This document shows positions 27,036 through 36,804 of a stretch of 41,411 nucleotides of DNA, one piece after another; the stretch's first letter is position 1; each line of letters starts with the position of its first letter. A model generated the notes under the pieces. It was not told the DNA's origin. It searched no databases and was given only the letters and a program-made list of their open reading frames with translations. The DNA is taken from positions 1-41,411 of the forward strand of contig DAHVAF010000260.1 in the NCBI GenBank assembly GCA_027314765.1, read 5' to 3'. The position numbers were made by a program, and so were the translations under genes. Source of the stretch: Clostridia bacterium (GTDB taxonomy: Bacteria > Bacillota > Sulfobacillia > RBS10-35 > JAJYVM01).

Positions 27036-27305
27036 GTGAACGTCGGCACGGTGATCCAGATCTCGCAGCAGGCGATCTGGACGGTGGCCCTGATCGCGGG
27101 CCCGCTCCTGCTGGTCGGACTGGTGGTGGGCCTTGTGGTGTCGATCCTGCAGGCCAGCACGCAGATCAATGAGCAGACGCTGACCTTCCTCCCGAAGATG
27201 GCGGCCGTCCTCGTGGCCGGCGCGGTCTTCGGGCCCTGGATGCTCAGCCAGCTCATCGACTTCACGCGCGGCCTGATCATCAGCATGCCGGGGTGGGTGC
27301 GCTGA
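27036..27305 (+). CDS. fliQ: Export gate protein FliQ
   Basis: QASTQINEQTLTFLPK, GPWML. Confidence 0.96.
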   Translation: MNVGTVIQISQQAIWTVALIAGPLLLVGLVVGLVVSILQASTQINEQTLTFLPKMAAVLVAGAVFGPWMLSQLIDFTRGLIISMPGWVR

Positions 27306-28099
27306 TGAGCTGGCTCGCCGGCGCGCAGCGCGACTTCGCCATCTACTGGCTGCTGGTGGCCCGGGTCGGGGGCTTCTGGTCGGCCGCGCCGGTGCTGGGC
27401 TCGCAGATCGTGCCCACGGCCGTAAAGGCCCCGGCGGTGGCCGTGCTGGCGCTGGCCATGCTGCCGGTCGTCAGCGGGGGCGCGGGGGGAGCCGCCGCGG
27501 CGGCCGCTGCCGTGCCGACCGCCATCCTGCCCTATGCCGCGCTGATCGTGCGCGAACTGGCCCTCGGGCTGGCCCTCGGCTTTCTGGCCCAGGTGGTGCT
27601 GGTGGCGGTCCAGGTGGGCGGCCAGCTGATCGACGTGCAGATGGGCTTCTCCGTCGTCAACGTCATCGATCCCACCTTCGGCCAGGCGGTGCCCCTGATG
27701 GGCGAGTTCCTGCTGACCGCCGGCCTGGTCATCTTCCTGCTGGTCGGAGGCGACCACCTGCTGATCTCGGCCCTGGCCCTGAGCTACCGCGCCGTGCCAC
27801 TGGGGGGCCCCTCCCCGCTTCTGGCGGTGGGCGGCCAGGCCTTCACGGCGCTGGCCTGGGCCTTCGAGGCCGCCATCGGCGTGGCCGTGCCCATCCTCGG
27901 TGTCGGCATCATCGTCAACCTCGGCCTCGGGCTCCTTGGCCGGGCCGCGCCGCAGCTCAACATCCTGGCCACAGGCCTGCCGGCCCAGATCCTGTTCGGC
28001 ATCGCGACCCTGATGGTGGCCCTGCCCGGGATCGTCGCCGTACTGGCCCAGATCGCGCCCCAGAGCTACCAGCAGATGGCGCAGCTGCTCGGCCGGTAG
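27305..28099 (+). CDS. fliR: Export gate protein FliR
   Basis: GQLIDVQMGFS..DP, RAAPQLNI; hydrophobic; TGATG overlap with fliQ. Confidence 0.93.
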   Translation: MSWLAGAQRDFAIYWLLVARVGGFWSAAPVLGSQIVPTAVKAPAVAVLALAMLPVVSGGAGGAAAAAAAVPTAILPYAALIVRELALGLALGFLAQVVLVAVQVGGQLIDVQMGFSVVNVIDPTFGQAVPLMGEFLLTAGLVIFLLVGGDHLLISALALSYRAVPLGGPSPLLAVGGQAFTALAWAFEAAIGVAVPILGVGIIVNLGLGLLGRAAPQLNILATGLPAQILFGIATLMVALPGIVAVLAQIAPQSYQQMAQLLGR

Positions 28100-28122
28100 C
28101 GACAGCGGCCGAAAGGGGAGAG

Positions 28123-28381
28123 GACCGGAGACGGACTGAACAGCCGACCGGAGACGGACCGGTGAACAGACCGGAGACGGACCGGAGAGCGGAGAGCGAA
28201 CCGACGACGGACCGGAGACGGACCGGAGAACGGACCGGAGAGCCGACCGGAGAACGGACCGGAGACGGACTGAAAAGCCGACCGAAGACGGACCGGAGAG
28301 CCAACCGGAGACGGACCGACGACGGACCGGAGACGGACTGAAGAGCGGACCGACGACAGACCGGAGACAGACCGGAGAGCT
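28123..28381 (+). repeat. Tandem array of ~23 units of 11-12 bp (consensus GACCGGAGACG) between fliR and flhB
   Basis: Units parsed by eye; purine-rich with only 5 T in 259 nt; runs directly into the flhB RBS. Confidence 0.95.
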
Positions 28382-28401
28382 GACGGGAAAGGAGGGATCG
28401 C

Positions 28402-29454
28402 ATGTCCCAGCGCACACTGCCCGCAACCCCACGACGGCGCCAGAAGGCGCGCGAGAAGGGCCAGGTGGCCCACAGCGCCGAGCTGGGGCCGGCGTTCGCC
28501 CTCCTGATCGCCGGCTGGAGTCTGAACGCCGTCGGCCGCATGGTGGCCCCGGCCTTCCTCGCCTGGGCGACATCGGTGTGGTCGCAGCCCGCGGGCGAGC
28601 TGAGCATGGCGGCCGTCGACACCCTCCTGCAGCGGGCCCTGCTGATCGGCGGCCTGGCGGTGGTTCCCCTGGGGGCCGCCATCATGTTCACGGCGGTCCT
28701 GGCCGGCGGCGCGCAGACCGGGTTCGCGTTCTCCACGGCCGCCCTGGCGCCGCGCCTGGACACCCTCAACCCCGTCACCGGCGTGCAGCGCATGTTCTCG
28801 GCCCGGGCGGTGGCGGACCTGCTGCGCTCGCTCCTAAAGTTCGCGGCCGTGGCGGCCGCCATCTACGGCCCGACCCAGAGCCTGATCGTGGCCCTGCCCG
28901 CCATGGCCGGCCAGATTGAAGGTCCCGTGATGATCGTCTGGCAGACGCTGACGAGCGTTCTGGTCCGGGTGGGGCTTGCCTCCCTGGCCATCGCCGGGGC
29001 AGACATCTTCTACCAGCGCTGGGAGATGGACCGGAGCCTGCGCATGACCCGCGAGGAGATGAAGGAGGAGCTGCGCGAGACGGAGGGCGATCCCACGTTC
29101 CGCGCCCTGCGCCGCCGCCGCCAGCGCGAGCTGGCCCGCCGGCGCATGATGGCCGATGTCCGCCGGGCGGACGTCGTCATCACCAACCCGACGCACTACG
29201 CGGTGGCGCTGCGCTACGACCCGGCCCACATGCGCGCGCCCCTGGTGGTGGCCAAGGGCCGCGGCTGGCTGGCCGAGCGCATCAAGGCAGTTGCCGCGGC
29301 GGCCGAGGTCGTCATCACGGAGAACCCGCCCCTGGCGCGCGAGCTGTACCGCGCGGTCGCCATCGGGCGCCCGATCCCGCCCGCCCTGTACCAGGCCGTC
29401 GCTGAGGTCCTCGCCTTCGTGTGGCGCATCAAGCGGAGGGGGATCGAGCAATGA
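28402..29454 (+). CDS. flhB: Export switch protein FlhB
   Basis: ATPRRRQKAREKGQV, ETEGDP, NPTH autocleavage motif, VVAKG. Confidence 0.96.
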   Translation: MSQRTLPATPRRRQKAREKGQVAHSAELGPAFALLIAGWSLNAVGRMVAPAFLAWATSVWSQPAGELSMAAVDTLLQRALLIGGLAVVPLGAAIMFTAVLAGGAQTGFAFSTAALAPRLDTLNPVTGVQRMFSARAVADLLRSLLKFAAVAAAIYGPTQSLIVALPAMAGQIEGPVMIVWQTLTSVLVRVGLASLAIAGADIFYQRWEMDRSLRMTREEMKEELRETEGDPTFRALRRRRQRELARRRMMADVRRADVVITNPTHYAVALRYDPAHMRAPLVVAKGRGWLAERIKAVAAAAEVVITENPPLARELYRAVAIGRPIPPALYQAVAEVLAFVWRIKRRGIEQ

Positions 29455-31514
29455 GGCAGCAGCGGGGTGTCGGCAAGGGTCTCGGCAGCGAGGCGATCCT
29501 GGGCGGCGCCGTCGTCCTCATGGTCATCATGCTCGTGGTGCCCCTGCCCTCGACCCTGCTCAGCCTGCTGCTGATCCTGAACCTGGGCATCGCCCTGCTG
29601 ACGCTGCTCGTCACGATGTCGACGACGGAGCCGCTCGACTTCGCCGTCTTCCCGTCACTGCTTCTGCTGACGACCCTCTTCCGGCTGGCGCTGAACGTGT
29701 CGACCTCCCGTCTCATCCTGCTGAACGGCTACGCCGGCCAGGTCATCCAGGCATATGGCCAGTTCGTGGTCGGCGGCAACCCCCTGGTGGGCTTCATCGT
29801 CTTTCTCATCCTGGTCGTGATCCAGTTCGTCGTGATCACCCGCGGCGCCGAGCGCGTCGCCGAGGTGGCCGCCCGCTTCACCTTGGACGCCATGCCCGGC
29901 AAGCAGATGTCGATCGACGCCGACCTCAACGCCGGCCTGATCGACGACAAGGAGGCGCGGCGCCGCCGCCGCGACATCGAACGCGAGGCCGATTTCTACG
30001 GGGCCATGGACGGTGCCAGCAAGTTCGTCAAGGGCGACGCCATGGCCGGTCTGCTGATCGTGGCCATCAACATCCTGGGCGGGTTCGTCATCGGCATGGT
30101 GCAGCGCGGCATGAGCTTCTCCGCCGCCCTGAGCCAGTACACGATCCTGACGATCGGCGACGGCCTCTCGGCCCAGATCCCGGCCCTGCTGATCTCGACG
30201 GCCACCGGCATCATCGTGACCCGGGCCGCGGCCCAGAACAGCCTCGGCAACGAGGTGGCGCAGCAGGTGCTGGCCGAGCCGCGCCTGCTGATGGTCGCCG
30301 GCGGCGCCCTGGCGGCCATCGGCCTGGTGCCGGGCCTGCCGAAGCTGCCCTTCCTCGCCGTCGGCATCGGCCTCTTCTGGCTTGGACGCGTGGCCGCCCG
30401 CCGCAAGGCCGCGCCCGCGCCGGAGGCGGCGGCCGGCAAGCCGGGTCCGGGCGCCCAGGCCGCGGCCGGCGAGTCCTCCACGCCCGCGGAGAGCGGTGCC
30501 GACCTGCTGGAGCTGGACCCCCTGGAGATCGAGCTGGGCTATGGCCTGCTGAAGCTGGCGGAGGGCCCGACGGGCGGCGAGCTGATGCGCCGGGTCGGTC
30601 TGATCCGCCGCCAGCTGGCGGCCGAGATGGGGCTGCTGCTGCCGCTGGTCCGCGTGCGCGACAACGTCCAGCTTCCGCCCAACACTTACGCCGTCAAGCT
30701 GCGGGGCAGCGAGGTGGCGCGCGGCGAGCTGCGCCCGGGCCAGTACCTGGCCATGAACCCCTCCGGGGAGGCGCTGGATGTGCAGGGCACGCCCACCCGC
30801 GAGCCGGCCTTCGGGCTGCCCGCCATGTGGATCACGGAGGGCGACAAGGTGCGGGCCGAGTTGGCGGGCTGCACCGTGGTCGACCCCGCCACCGTCCTGG
30901 CCACGCACTTCAGCGAGCTGTGCAAGCGCCACGCGCACGAGATCCTCTCGCGCCAGGAGTGCAAGGCCCTGCTGGACGCGATGCGCCAGCGCCAGGCCGC
31001 CCTGGTGGACGAGCTGGTGCCGGCCGTGCTGAGCACCGGCCAGGTGCAGCGGGTGCTGCAGAACCTGCTCCGCGAGGGCGTCTCGATCCGCAACCTGGCC
31101 ACGATCCTGGAGACGCTCAGCGACGCCGGGACCCTGGTCAAGGACCCCGATCTCCTCACGGAGCGCGTGCGGTCCGCGCTGGCCCGCGAGATCACCCGCG
31201 ACCTGCCGGCCGAGCAGGGGCGCCTCGCCGTCTGCACTCTGGATCCCCGCCTGGAGGGCCGGCTGGCGGAGGCGGCCGCCGGCGCCGCCCTTGAGCCCGA
31301 CCTGCTCCATGGGGTGCGGCGGTCCCTGGCCGCGGCGATGGAGCGCTTCGGCGCCCGCGCGCGGCCCCCCGTGGTGCTGACGGCGCCGAACGTGCGCGCC
31401 CCCTTCCGGCGCCTGATCGAGCGGGTGTTCCCGCAGGTGAAGGTGGTCTCGACGGCCGAGCTTGCCGGGGATGTGGAGATCGAGAGCCTTGGCACCATTG
31501 GAGCCGCTTCGTAG
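29451..31514 (+). CDS. flhA: Export protein FlhA
   Basis: RVAEVAARFTLDAMPGKQMSIDADL, FYGAMDGASKFVKGDA, VSIRNL. Confidence 0.97.
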   Translation: MRQQRGVGKGLGSEAILGGAVVLMVIMLVVPLPSTLLSLLLILNLGIALLTLLVTMSTTEPLDFAVFPSLLLLTTLFRLALNVSTSRLILLNGYAGQVIQAYGQFVVGGNPLVGFIVFLILVVIQFVVITRGAERVAEVAARFTLDAMPGKQMSIDADLNAGLIDDKEARRRRRDIEREADFYGAMDGASKFVKGDAMAGLLIVAINILGGFVIGMVQRGMSFSAALSQYTILTIGDGLSAQIPALLISTATGIIVTRAAAQNSLGNEVAQQVLAEPRLLMVAGGALAAIGLVPGLPKLPFLAVGIGLFWLGRVAARRKAAPAPEAAAGKPGPGAQAAAGESSTPAESGADLLELDPLEIELGYGLLKLAEGPTGGELMRRVGLIRRQLAAEMGLLLPLVRVRDNVQLPPNTYAVKLRGSEVARGELRPGQYLAMNPSGEALDVQGTPTREPAFGLPAMWITEGDKVRAELAGCTVVDPATVLATHFSELCKRHAHEILSRQECKALLDAMRQRQAALVDELVPAVLSTGQVQRVLQNLLREGVSIRNLATILETLSDAGTLVKDPDLLTERVRSALAREITRDLPAEQGRLAVCTLDPRLEGRLAEAAAGAALEPDLLHGVRRSLAAAMERFGARARPPVVLTAPNVRAPFRRLIERVFPQVKVVSTAELAGDVEIESLGTIGAAS

Positions 31515-31635
31515 TGCCGCGCGCAACGGAGCCAGGGATGGCGGCAGTCCTGCATGATGCAGTCCGCGCGGTTTGGAACCTGAATGCAGCGCGCCGGCCC
31601 CGGGCGCGCCCGTGGAGATAAGGAGGGCGCCTGAG

Positions 31636-32634
31636 ATGGAGATCAAGCAGTTCACGGCCCCGACGGTCTCCGCCGCCGCCGCAGAGGCGCGCCGCGTGAT
31701 GGGCCCAGACGCGGTCGTCCTGCAGTCGCGTCGGTTGGCCGGAGCCGGGTGGCGGCGGTACCTGCGCCGCTACGACCGGGTCCAGTTGACCATGGCTGCG
31801 GCGGCGGTCCCGCCGGCGCCGCAGCATGGCGTGGCTCCGCCCCAGGCCGCGTCGGCCCAGCCGGCTGCCGGCGTCCGCCCGAGGGCCACAGAGGCCCCCC
31901 GGCTCGTCCTCACCGAGCCCGCCGAGCAGGCGAGCGTGAGGGAGCGGCTGCGGCGCTCGCAGGCGACGGGCGCGGTGGCGCCGCTCGGGCCGCCCCAGCC
32001 GGTGGCGCCCCAGGCGGGCCGGCGCCGCGTCGTGGTGCTGGTCGGGCCGACCGGGGCCGGCAAGACGACGACCACCGCCAAGCTGGCCGCCCTGCTCCAG
32101 CTGCAGCAGGGCTGGCGAGTCGCGCTGGTAACGGCCGATACGTTTCGTGTAGGGGCAGTGGAGCAGCTGGGCGCGTATGCGCGGGTGCTTGGGGCCGGCC
32201 TGGAGGTGGCGGCCACCCCGCGGGCGCTCGAGCGGGTCCTGCCCCGCTGTGCGGAGGCCGATGTCGTTCTGGTCGATACGGCCGGGCGGGGCCACCGCGA
32301 CAAGGCACGCATGGACGACCTGGCCGCCATCCTGGCCGCGGCCCGATCCGTGGAGCCGGACGGCACCGAGGTTCACCTCGTGCTCCCGGCCACGCTTGGG
32401 ACGCGGGAGGCGGACTCGATCGTGGCGGCCTACCGGGAGCTTGGCGCCGGGCGCCTGCTGCCCACCAAGCTGGACGAGTGCGAGGACCCCGCGCGGCTGC
32501 TGGACGTGCTGGCACGCGCGGACATGCCGCTTTCATATTGGACCGCCGGCCAGCACGTGCCGGAGGACATCGCGGTCGCGTGGCCGGACGAGCTGGTCGC
32601 GTGGGCGGAGGATGCAAGGAGGGTTTCGTCGTGA
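31636..32634 (+). CDS. flhF: SRP-family GTPase FlhF
   Basis: MEIKQF..MGPDAVVL, GPTGAGKTTT, DTAG, TKLDE, GQHVPEDI. Confidence 0.9.
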   Translation: MEIKQFTAPTVSAAAAEARRVMGPDAVVLQSRRLAGAGWRRYLRRYDRVQLTMAAAAVPPAPQHGVAPPQAASAQPAAGVRPRATEAPRLVLTEPAEQASVRERLRRSQATGAVAPLGPPQPVAPQAGRRRVVVLVGPTGAGKTTTTAKLAALLQLQQGWRVALVTADTFRVGAVEQLGAYARVLGAGLEVAATPRALERVLPRCAEADVVLVDTAGRGHRDKARMDDLAAILAAARSVEPDGTEVHLVLPATLGTREADSIVAAYRELGAGRLLPTKLDECEDPARLLDVLARADMPLSYWTAGQHVPEDIAVAWPDELVAWAEDARRVSS

Positions 32635-33524
32635 CATCGGGACAGGAGAACGGGCTCCGCACCTGGATCGGCGACCGGCAGCCGCGCCTGCTGGCGGTGA
32701 CCGGCGGCAAGGGCGGCGTGGGCAAGAGCAACTTCAGCCTGAACTTCGCCATCGCCCTGGGCCAGCTCGGCCGCCGCTGCCTGCTGATCGACTGCGACAG
32801 CGGACTCGGCAACATCGACGTGCTGCTCGGCCTATTCGCCCCCCACCACCTCGGCCACGTGCTGACCGGGGAGGCGACGCTGGACCAGGCCATCATGGCC
32901 GGGCCGGGCGACCTGGAGATCCTGCCCGCGGCCTCTGGCGTGCAGGCCCTCGGCAAGGCGACGGCGGCTGAGGCAGGGCGGCTGCTGAAGGCCCTGACCG
33001 CCGTCAGCCAGCGCTACGCGGTGATCATCTTCGACACCAGCGCCGGCCTCGGCCCGCAGGTGCGCTCGCTGCTGAAGGCGGCGCCGGAGACCATCGTCGT
33101 GACCACGCCGGAGCCCACGGCGCTGGCCGACGCCTACGCGACCCTCAAGGTGCTCGCCGGCTTCAAGCACGCCCCCACCGTGCAGGTGGTGGTGAATGCG
33201 GCCGACAGCGGCCGGGAGGCCCAGGCCGTGATCGACAGCATCGCCACGGTGAGCGAGCGGTTCCTGGGCCAGACCCCCGGCTACCTCGGCTTCATCCCCC
33301 GGGACCCGGCCGTTCCGCTGGCCGTCAAGAGCCAGACTCCTTTCCTGGTGGCCTCGCCCGGATGCCCGGCCAGCCGGGCGGTCAAGGGTCTGGCGGCCAC
33401 CTGGGCGGGCGTGGAGCCGCTTGCGCCGGAGCGCACCGACGTCTGGTCGATGTTCCGCTCGCTGTGGGGCAACGCCACCGTCGCACTCCGTCCCGCGGCC
33501 TCCCGAGAGAAGGTGTCGGGCTAG
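32631..33524 (+). CDS. flhG: MinD-like ATPase FlhG/YlxH
   Basis: TGGKGGVGKS, GLGNIDVLLG, VTTPEPTALADAYA. Confidence 0.9.
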   Translation: MTSGQENGLRTWIGDRQPRLLAVTGGKGGVGKSNFSLNFAIALGQLGRRCLLIDCDSGLGNIDVLLGLFAPHHLGHVLTGEATLDQAIMAGPGDLEILPAASGVQALGKATAAEAGRLLKALTAVSQRYAVIIFDTSAGLGPQVRSLLKAAPETIVVTTPEPTALADAYATLKVLAGFKHAPTVQVVVNAADSGREAQAVIDSIATVSERFLGQTPGYLGFIPRDPAVPLAVKSQTPFLVASPGCPASRAVKGLAATWAGVEPLAPERTDVWSMFRSLWGNATVALRPAASREKVSG

Positions 33525-33566
33525 ATGGCAGCGGCGGGCAGCGACGGCGGCAAAGGAGGAGCACCC

Positions 33567-34334
33567 GTGGACACCAGCAAGGGCGCCTGGCGGGCGTACC
33601 GCTCGGCCGGTGGGACCCCGATCCGCGACGAGGACGTGGTCAAGTACCTGCCGCTGGTCAAGCACATCGCGGCGCGGCTGGCCCTGGGCCTGCCCTCGCA
33701 CGTGGATGTCGACGACCTGTACTCATACGGCATCTTCGGCCTGCTGGACGCGCTGGCCAAGTTCGACCCCGCCCGGGGCGTGAAGTTTGAGACGTACGCC
33801 TATACGCGGATCAAGGGCGCCATCGTGGACGGGCTGCGTGCCATGGACTGGGCCCCGGCGTCCCTGCGCCAGCGGGCGCGCCAGGTCGAGGAGGCCTACT
33901 GGCGGGTGGAGTCCCGCGAGGGCCGCCCGGCCAGCGACGACGAGGTCGCCGCCGAGCTGGGCCTGCCGGTGCCGGAGTTCGAGCACATTCTGCAGGACCT
34001 GGAGCGCGCGGCGGTCCTCAGCCTGGATGAGGTATGGTCCGGCGAGGGCGAGGACGGTGAGTTCACGCTGCGCGACGTTGTCTCCGACCCGGCGGCGCCC
34101 GACCCCCTCCAGAACGCGGAGCTGCAGGACCGAAAGCGCCGGCTGGCCGAGGCGATCGAGCGCCTGCCCGAAATGGAGCGCATGGTCGTCAGCCTCTTTT
34201 ACTACGACGGCCTGGCCCCCAAGGAGATCGCCGCCATCATGCGCCTGTCGGTGTCGCGCATCAGCCAGCTGCACAGCAAGGCCGTGCTGCGGCTGCGCGG
34301 CGGCCTGCAGAGCGTGAAGGGCGCGCTCACATAG
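33567..34334 (+). CDS. sigD: Flagellar sigma factor (sigma-28)
   Basis: LPSHVDVDDL, KFETYAYTRIKGAIVDGLR..DW, SRISQLHSKA; RBS AAAGGAGG before GTG 33567. Confidence 0.93.
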   Translation: MDTSKGAWRAYRSAGGTPIRDEDVVKYLPLVKHIAARLALGLPSHVDVDDLYSYGIFGLLDALAKFDPARGVKFETYAYTRIKGAIVDGLRAMDWAPASLRQRARQVEEAYWRVESREGRPASDDEVAAELGLPVPEFEHILQDLERAAVLSLDEVWSGEGEDGEFTLRDVVSDPAAPDPLQNAELQDRKRRLAEAIERLPEMERMVVSLFYYDGLAPKEIAAIMRLSVSRISQLHSKAVLRLRGGLQSVKGALT

Positions 34335-34372
34335 CGGATAGGCCATTCATGGCCGGGGGGAGGTGAGAGCAG

Positions 34373-34711
34373 ATGGCGGTCCGGCCCGTCGACCTGCAGG
34401 CACCCCTGCCGCAGATCGACGAGGTGGCCCGGGTTCAGCGGGTTCCGCAGGCCGCCTCCGAGCGGGAGGCGTCGGCCACGGTCGTCCAGGGACAGCCTGA
34501 GGTGCGCGAGCGCCAGCAGGACGTGCCCCATTCCCCGGACGTGGCCGCCGAGGAGCCAGACAGCGACCGCCGCCGGAGACGCCGCGACGGGCGCGATTCA
34601 CGCCGCGGGTCGAAGGATGCGGCGCGGTCGGGCGCGGCCCCGGAGGGCGAGTCCGCGGAGGACGACTCGCCGCCGGTGAAGGGCACGCACCTGGACGTGC
34701 GCGGGCTGTAG
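34373..34711 (+). CDS. Conserved hypothetical protein of the type found at the end of Firmicute fla/che operons
   Basis: RBS GGAGGTG; MAVRPVDLQ N-terminus and KGTHLDVR C-terminus. Confidence 0.7.
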   Translation: MAVRPVDLQAPLPQIDEVARVQRVPQAASEREASATVVQGQPEVRERQQDVPHSPDVAAEEPDSDRRRRRRDGRDSRRGSKDAARSGAAPEGESAEDDSPPVKGTHLDVRGL

Positions 34712-34809
34712 CCTGCGCGCGGAATCTCCGCTCCCGCCGACAGGGACCGCGCGCCGCCCTTGCGAATGTCTCACGTCGTCACTTCTGTGGCTACGGGGAG
34801 CGTGAGGGC

Positions 34810-35610
34810 TTGGCGGCGAGCGCCCTGTTACAGGAGCTCGGGTTCACCGAGTACGAGGCGAAGGTTTACGAGGCGCTGATCGGTCACCCGTCCTCGACGG
34901 GGTACGAGGTCGCGCGCCACAGCGGCGTGCCGCGCGCGAAGGTCTACGAGGTCCTGGAGGGTCTGCAGGCGCGGGGGATCGTGCTGACCCGGCCCGAGGA
35001 GAACCGCACGCTCTACGAGCCGCTGCCGTACGAGACCCTTCTGCAGCGGTCCCAGGACAACATGCGCCGCGTCTGCACCGAGCTGTCCGGCCAGCTGGCC
35101 GCTGCGGCCGTACGGACCGAGCCCGCCGCCTTTCTGAGCCTCAGCGGCCGCGAGCGCATCCTCACCAGCTGCCGGGACATGATCGTCGGGGCGCGTCGCC
35201 GCCTGTTCTTCTCGGGCTGGCCCACGGAGGCCCAGATCCTCGCCCCCGAGCTGCTGGCCGCCGAGCGCCGCGGGATCGGCGTATTCGCCCTGGTCTACGG
35301 GGGTACATCGCTCCCGCTGCAGCGCTGGTTCACGCACACCGTCACCACCATTCAGCAGCGCGAGGTCGAGCGGGCGGGGCGCTGGCTCGGGCTCGTCGCG
35401 GACCACGACCAGGCCCTGATCGGCCACGTGCTGGACGGCGAGCAGGCCGTCGCCATGTGGACCAAAAACCCCGTGCTGGTGCAGGTGCCCGCCGAGTGGA
35501 TCAAGCACGACATCTACATGCTGGAGTTCGGCCGCGCCCTGCGTGACCGCCTCGGCGGCTTCGTGCCTCCCCAGCGTCTGGCCGAGCTGCAGTCGATGTG
35601 GGAGGGCTGA
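34810..35610 (+). CDS. TrmB-family transcriptional regulator
   Basis: LGFTEYEAKVYEAL..TGYEVARHSGVPRAKVYEVL winged HTH and a C-terminal effector domain. Confidence 0.9.
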   Translation: MAASALLQELGFTEYEAKVYEALIGHPSSTGYEVARHSGVPRAKVYEVLEGLQARGIVLTRPEENRTLYEPLPYETLLQRSQDNMRRVCTELSGQLAAAAVRTEPAAFLSLSGRERILTSCRDMIVGARRRLFFSGWPTEAQILAPELLAAERRGIGVFALVYGGTSLPLQRWFTHTVTTIQQREVERAGRWLGLVADHDQALIGHVLDGEQAVAMWTKNPVLVQVPAEWIKHDIYMLEFGRALRDRLGGFVPPQRLAELQSMWEG

Positions 35611-36803
35611 TGCCTCCCGCAAGGCCTTCGCCAACCACGGCTTCGGGGGCGGCCAGCCCTGCGCTATCTGGCATTCGGGTGCTCGAGCTCGGCCAGCTGA
35701 TCGCCGCCCCCGTCGCCGCCCGCATCCTCGCCGACTTCGGCGCCGACGTGATCAAGGTGGAGCCGCCCGGCTCCGGAGACCCCCTGCGTACCTGGGGGGC
35801 CGGGGACGGGCTGTGGTGGCGGTACCAATCCCGCGGCAAGCGTCTGATCACGGCCGACCTGCGGCAGCAGGCCGGCCGCGACCTTGTCCGGGGACTGGTC
35901 GCCCACTGCGATGTCGTCGTGGAGAACTTCCGCACGGGTCGGCTCACGGCGTGGGGCCTCGGCGACGAGGCGCTGCGCTTGGTGCGACCCGACCTGGTGA
36001 TCGTGCACGTGTCGGGGTACGGCCAGACCGGCCCGTACCGGGACCGGCCGGGTTTCGGTAACATCGCCGAGTCCATGGGAGGGCTGCGCTACATCACGGG
36101 CGACCCCGATGGCCCCCCCATGCGCGTGGGCGTGAGCCTCGGGGACGAGATCGCCGCACTGCACGCCGTGATCGGCGTGCTTTTGGGGCTGCGCGCCCGG
36201 CCCGAAACGGTGGACGTGGCGCTGACCGAGTCCGTCTTCAGCGTCCTCGAGAACACCCTGGCGGAGTACAGGCATCTCGGCATTGTCCGGGAACGGACGG
36301 GCAATACGCTGCTCAACGCCGCGCCGTCCGGAGTGTATGAGACGGCCGACGGCCGCTGGCTGGCCATCGGCGGCAACGGCGACTCCATCTTCAGGCGCCT
36401 CTGCCACGCCATCGGGCGTGATGACCTGGGTAGCGACCCGGGTCTGGCGGACAACCGCGGCCGTATGGCGCGGGTGGATGCGCTGAACCAGGTGCTGTCC
36501 GAGTGGGTGGGTGACCATACCGTCGACGAGGCGATGGCCATACTGGCGGTTGCTGAGGTCCCCGCGGGGCCCGTCTATTCCATCGCCGACATTGCGGCCG
36601 ATCCCCAGTTCCAGGCGCGGGATATGATCGTGGATGTGGATGGCTTTTCGATGCCCGGCATCGTGCCGGCCCTGAGCTCACATCCCGGCGGCATCGGTTG
36701 GGCCGGCGCCGCCCTCGGCGCGCACAATGCGGAAGTTTATGGACAGCTCCTGGGGATCGGCCGGGACGAGCTCGCTGCGCTGGCCCGCAAGGGAGTCATC
36801 TGA
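35610..36803 (+). CDS. CoA-transferase family III (CaiB/BaiF)
   Basis: LSGIRVLELGQLIAAP, FGADVIKVEPP..GDPLR, DVVVENFR, SGYGQTGPY. Confidence 0.93.
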   Translation: MPPARPSPTTASGAASPALSGIRVLELGQLIAAPVAARILADFGADVIKVEPPGSGDPLRTWGAGDGLWWRYQSRGKRLITADLRQQAGRDLVRGLVAHCDVVVENFRTGRLTAWGLGDEALRLVRPDLVIVHVSGYGQTGPYRDRPGFGNIAESMGGLRYITGDPDGPPMRVGVSLGDEIAALHAVIGVLLGLRARPETVDVALTESVFSVLENTLAEYRHLGIVRERTGNTLLNAAPSGVYETADGRWLAIGGNGDSIFRRLCHAIGRDDLGSDPGLADNRGRMARVDALNQVLSEWVGDHTVDEAMAILAVAEVPAGPVYSIADIAADPQFQARDMIVDVDGFSMPGIVPALSSHPGGIGWAGAALGAHNAEVYGQLLGIGRDELAALARKGVI

Positions 36804-36804
36804 C

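Noticed and set aside
28123-28381. CRISPR array
   Set aside because: Units are 11-12 bp and contiguous with no unique spacers, and there are no cas genes.
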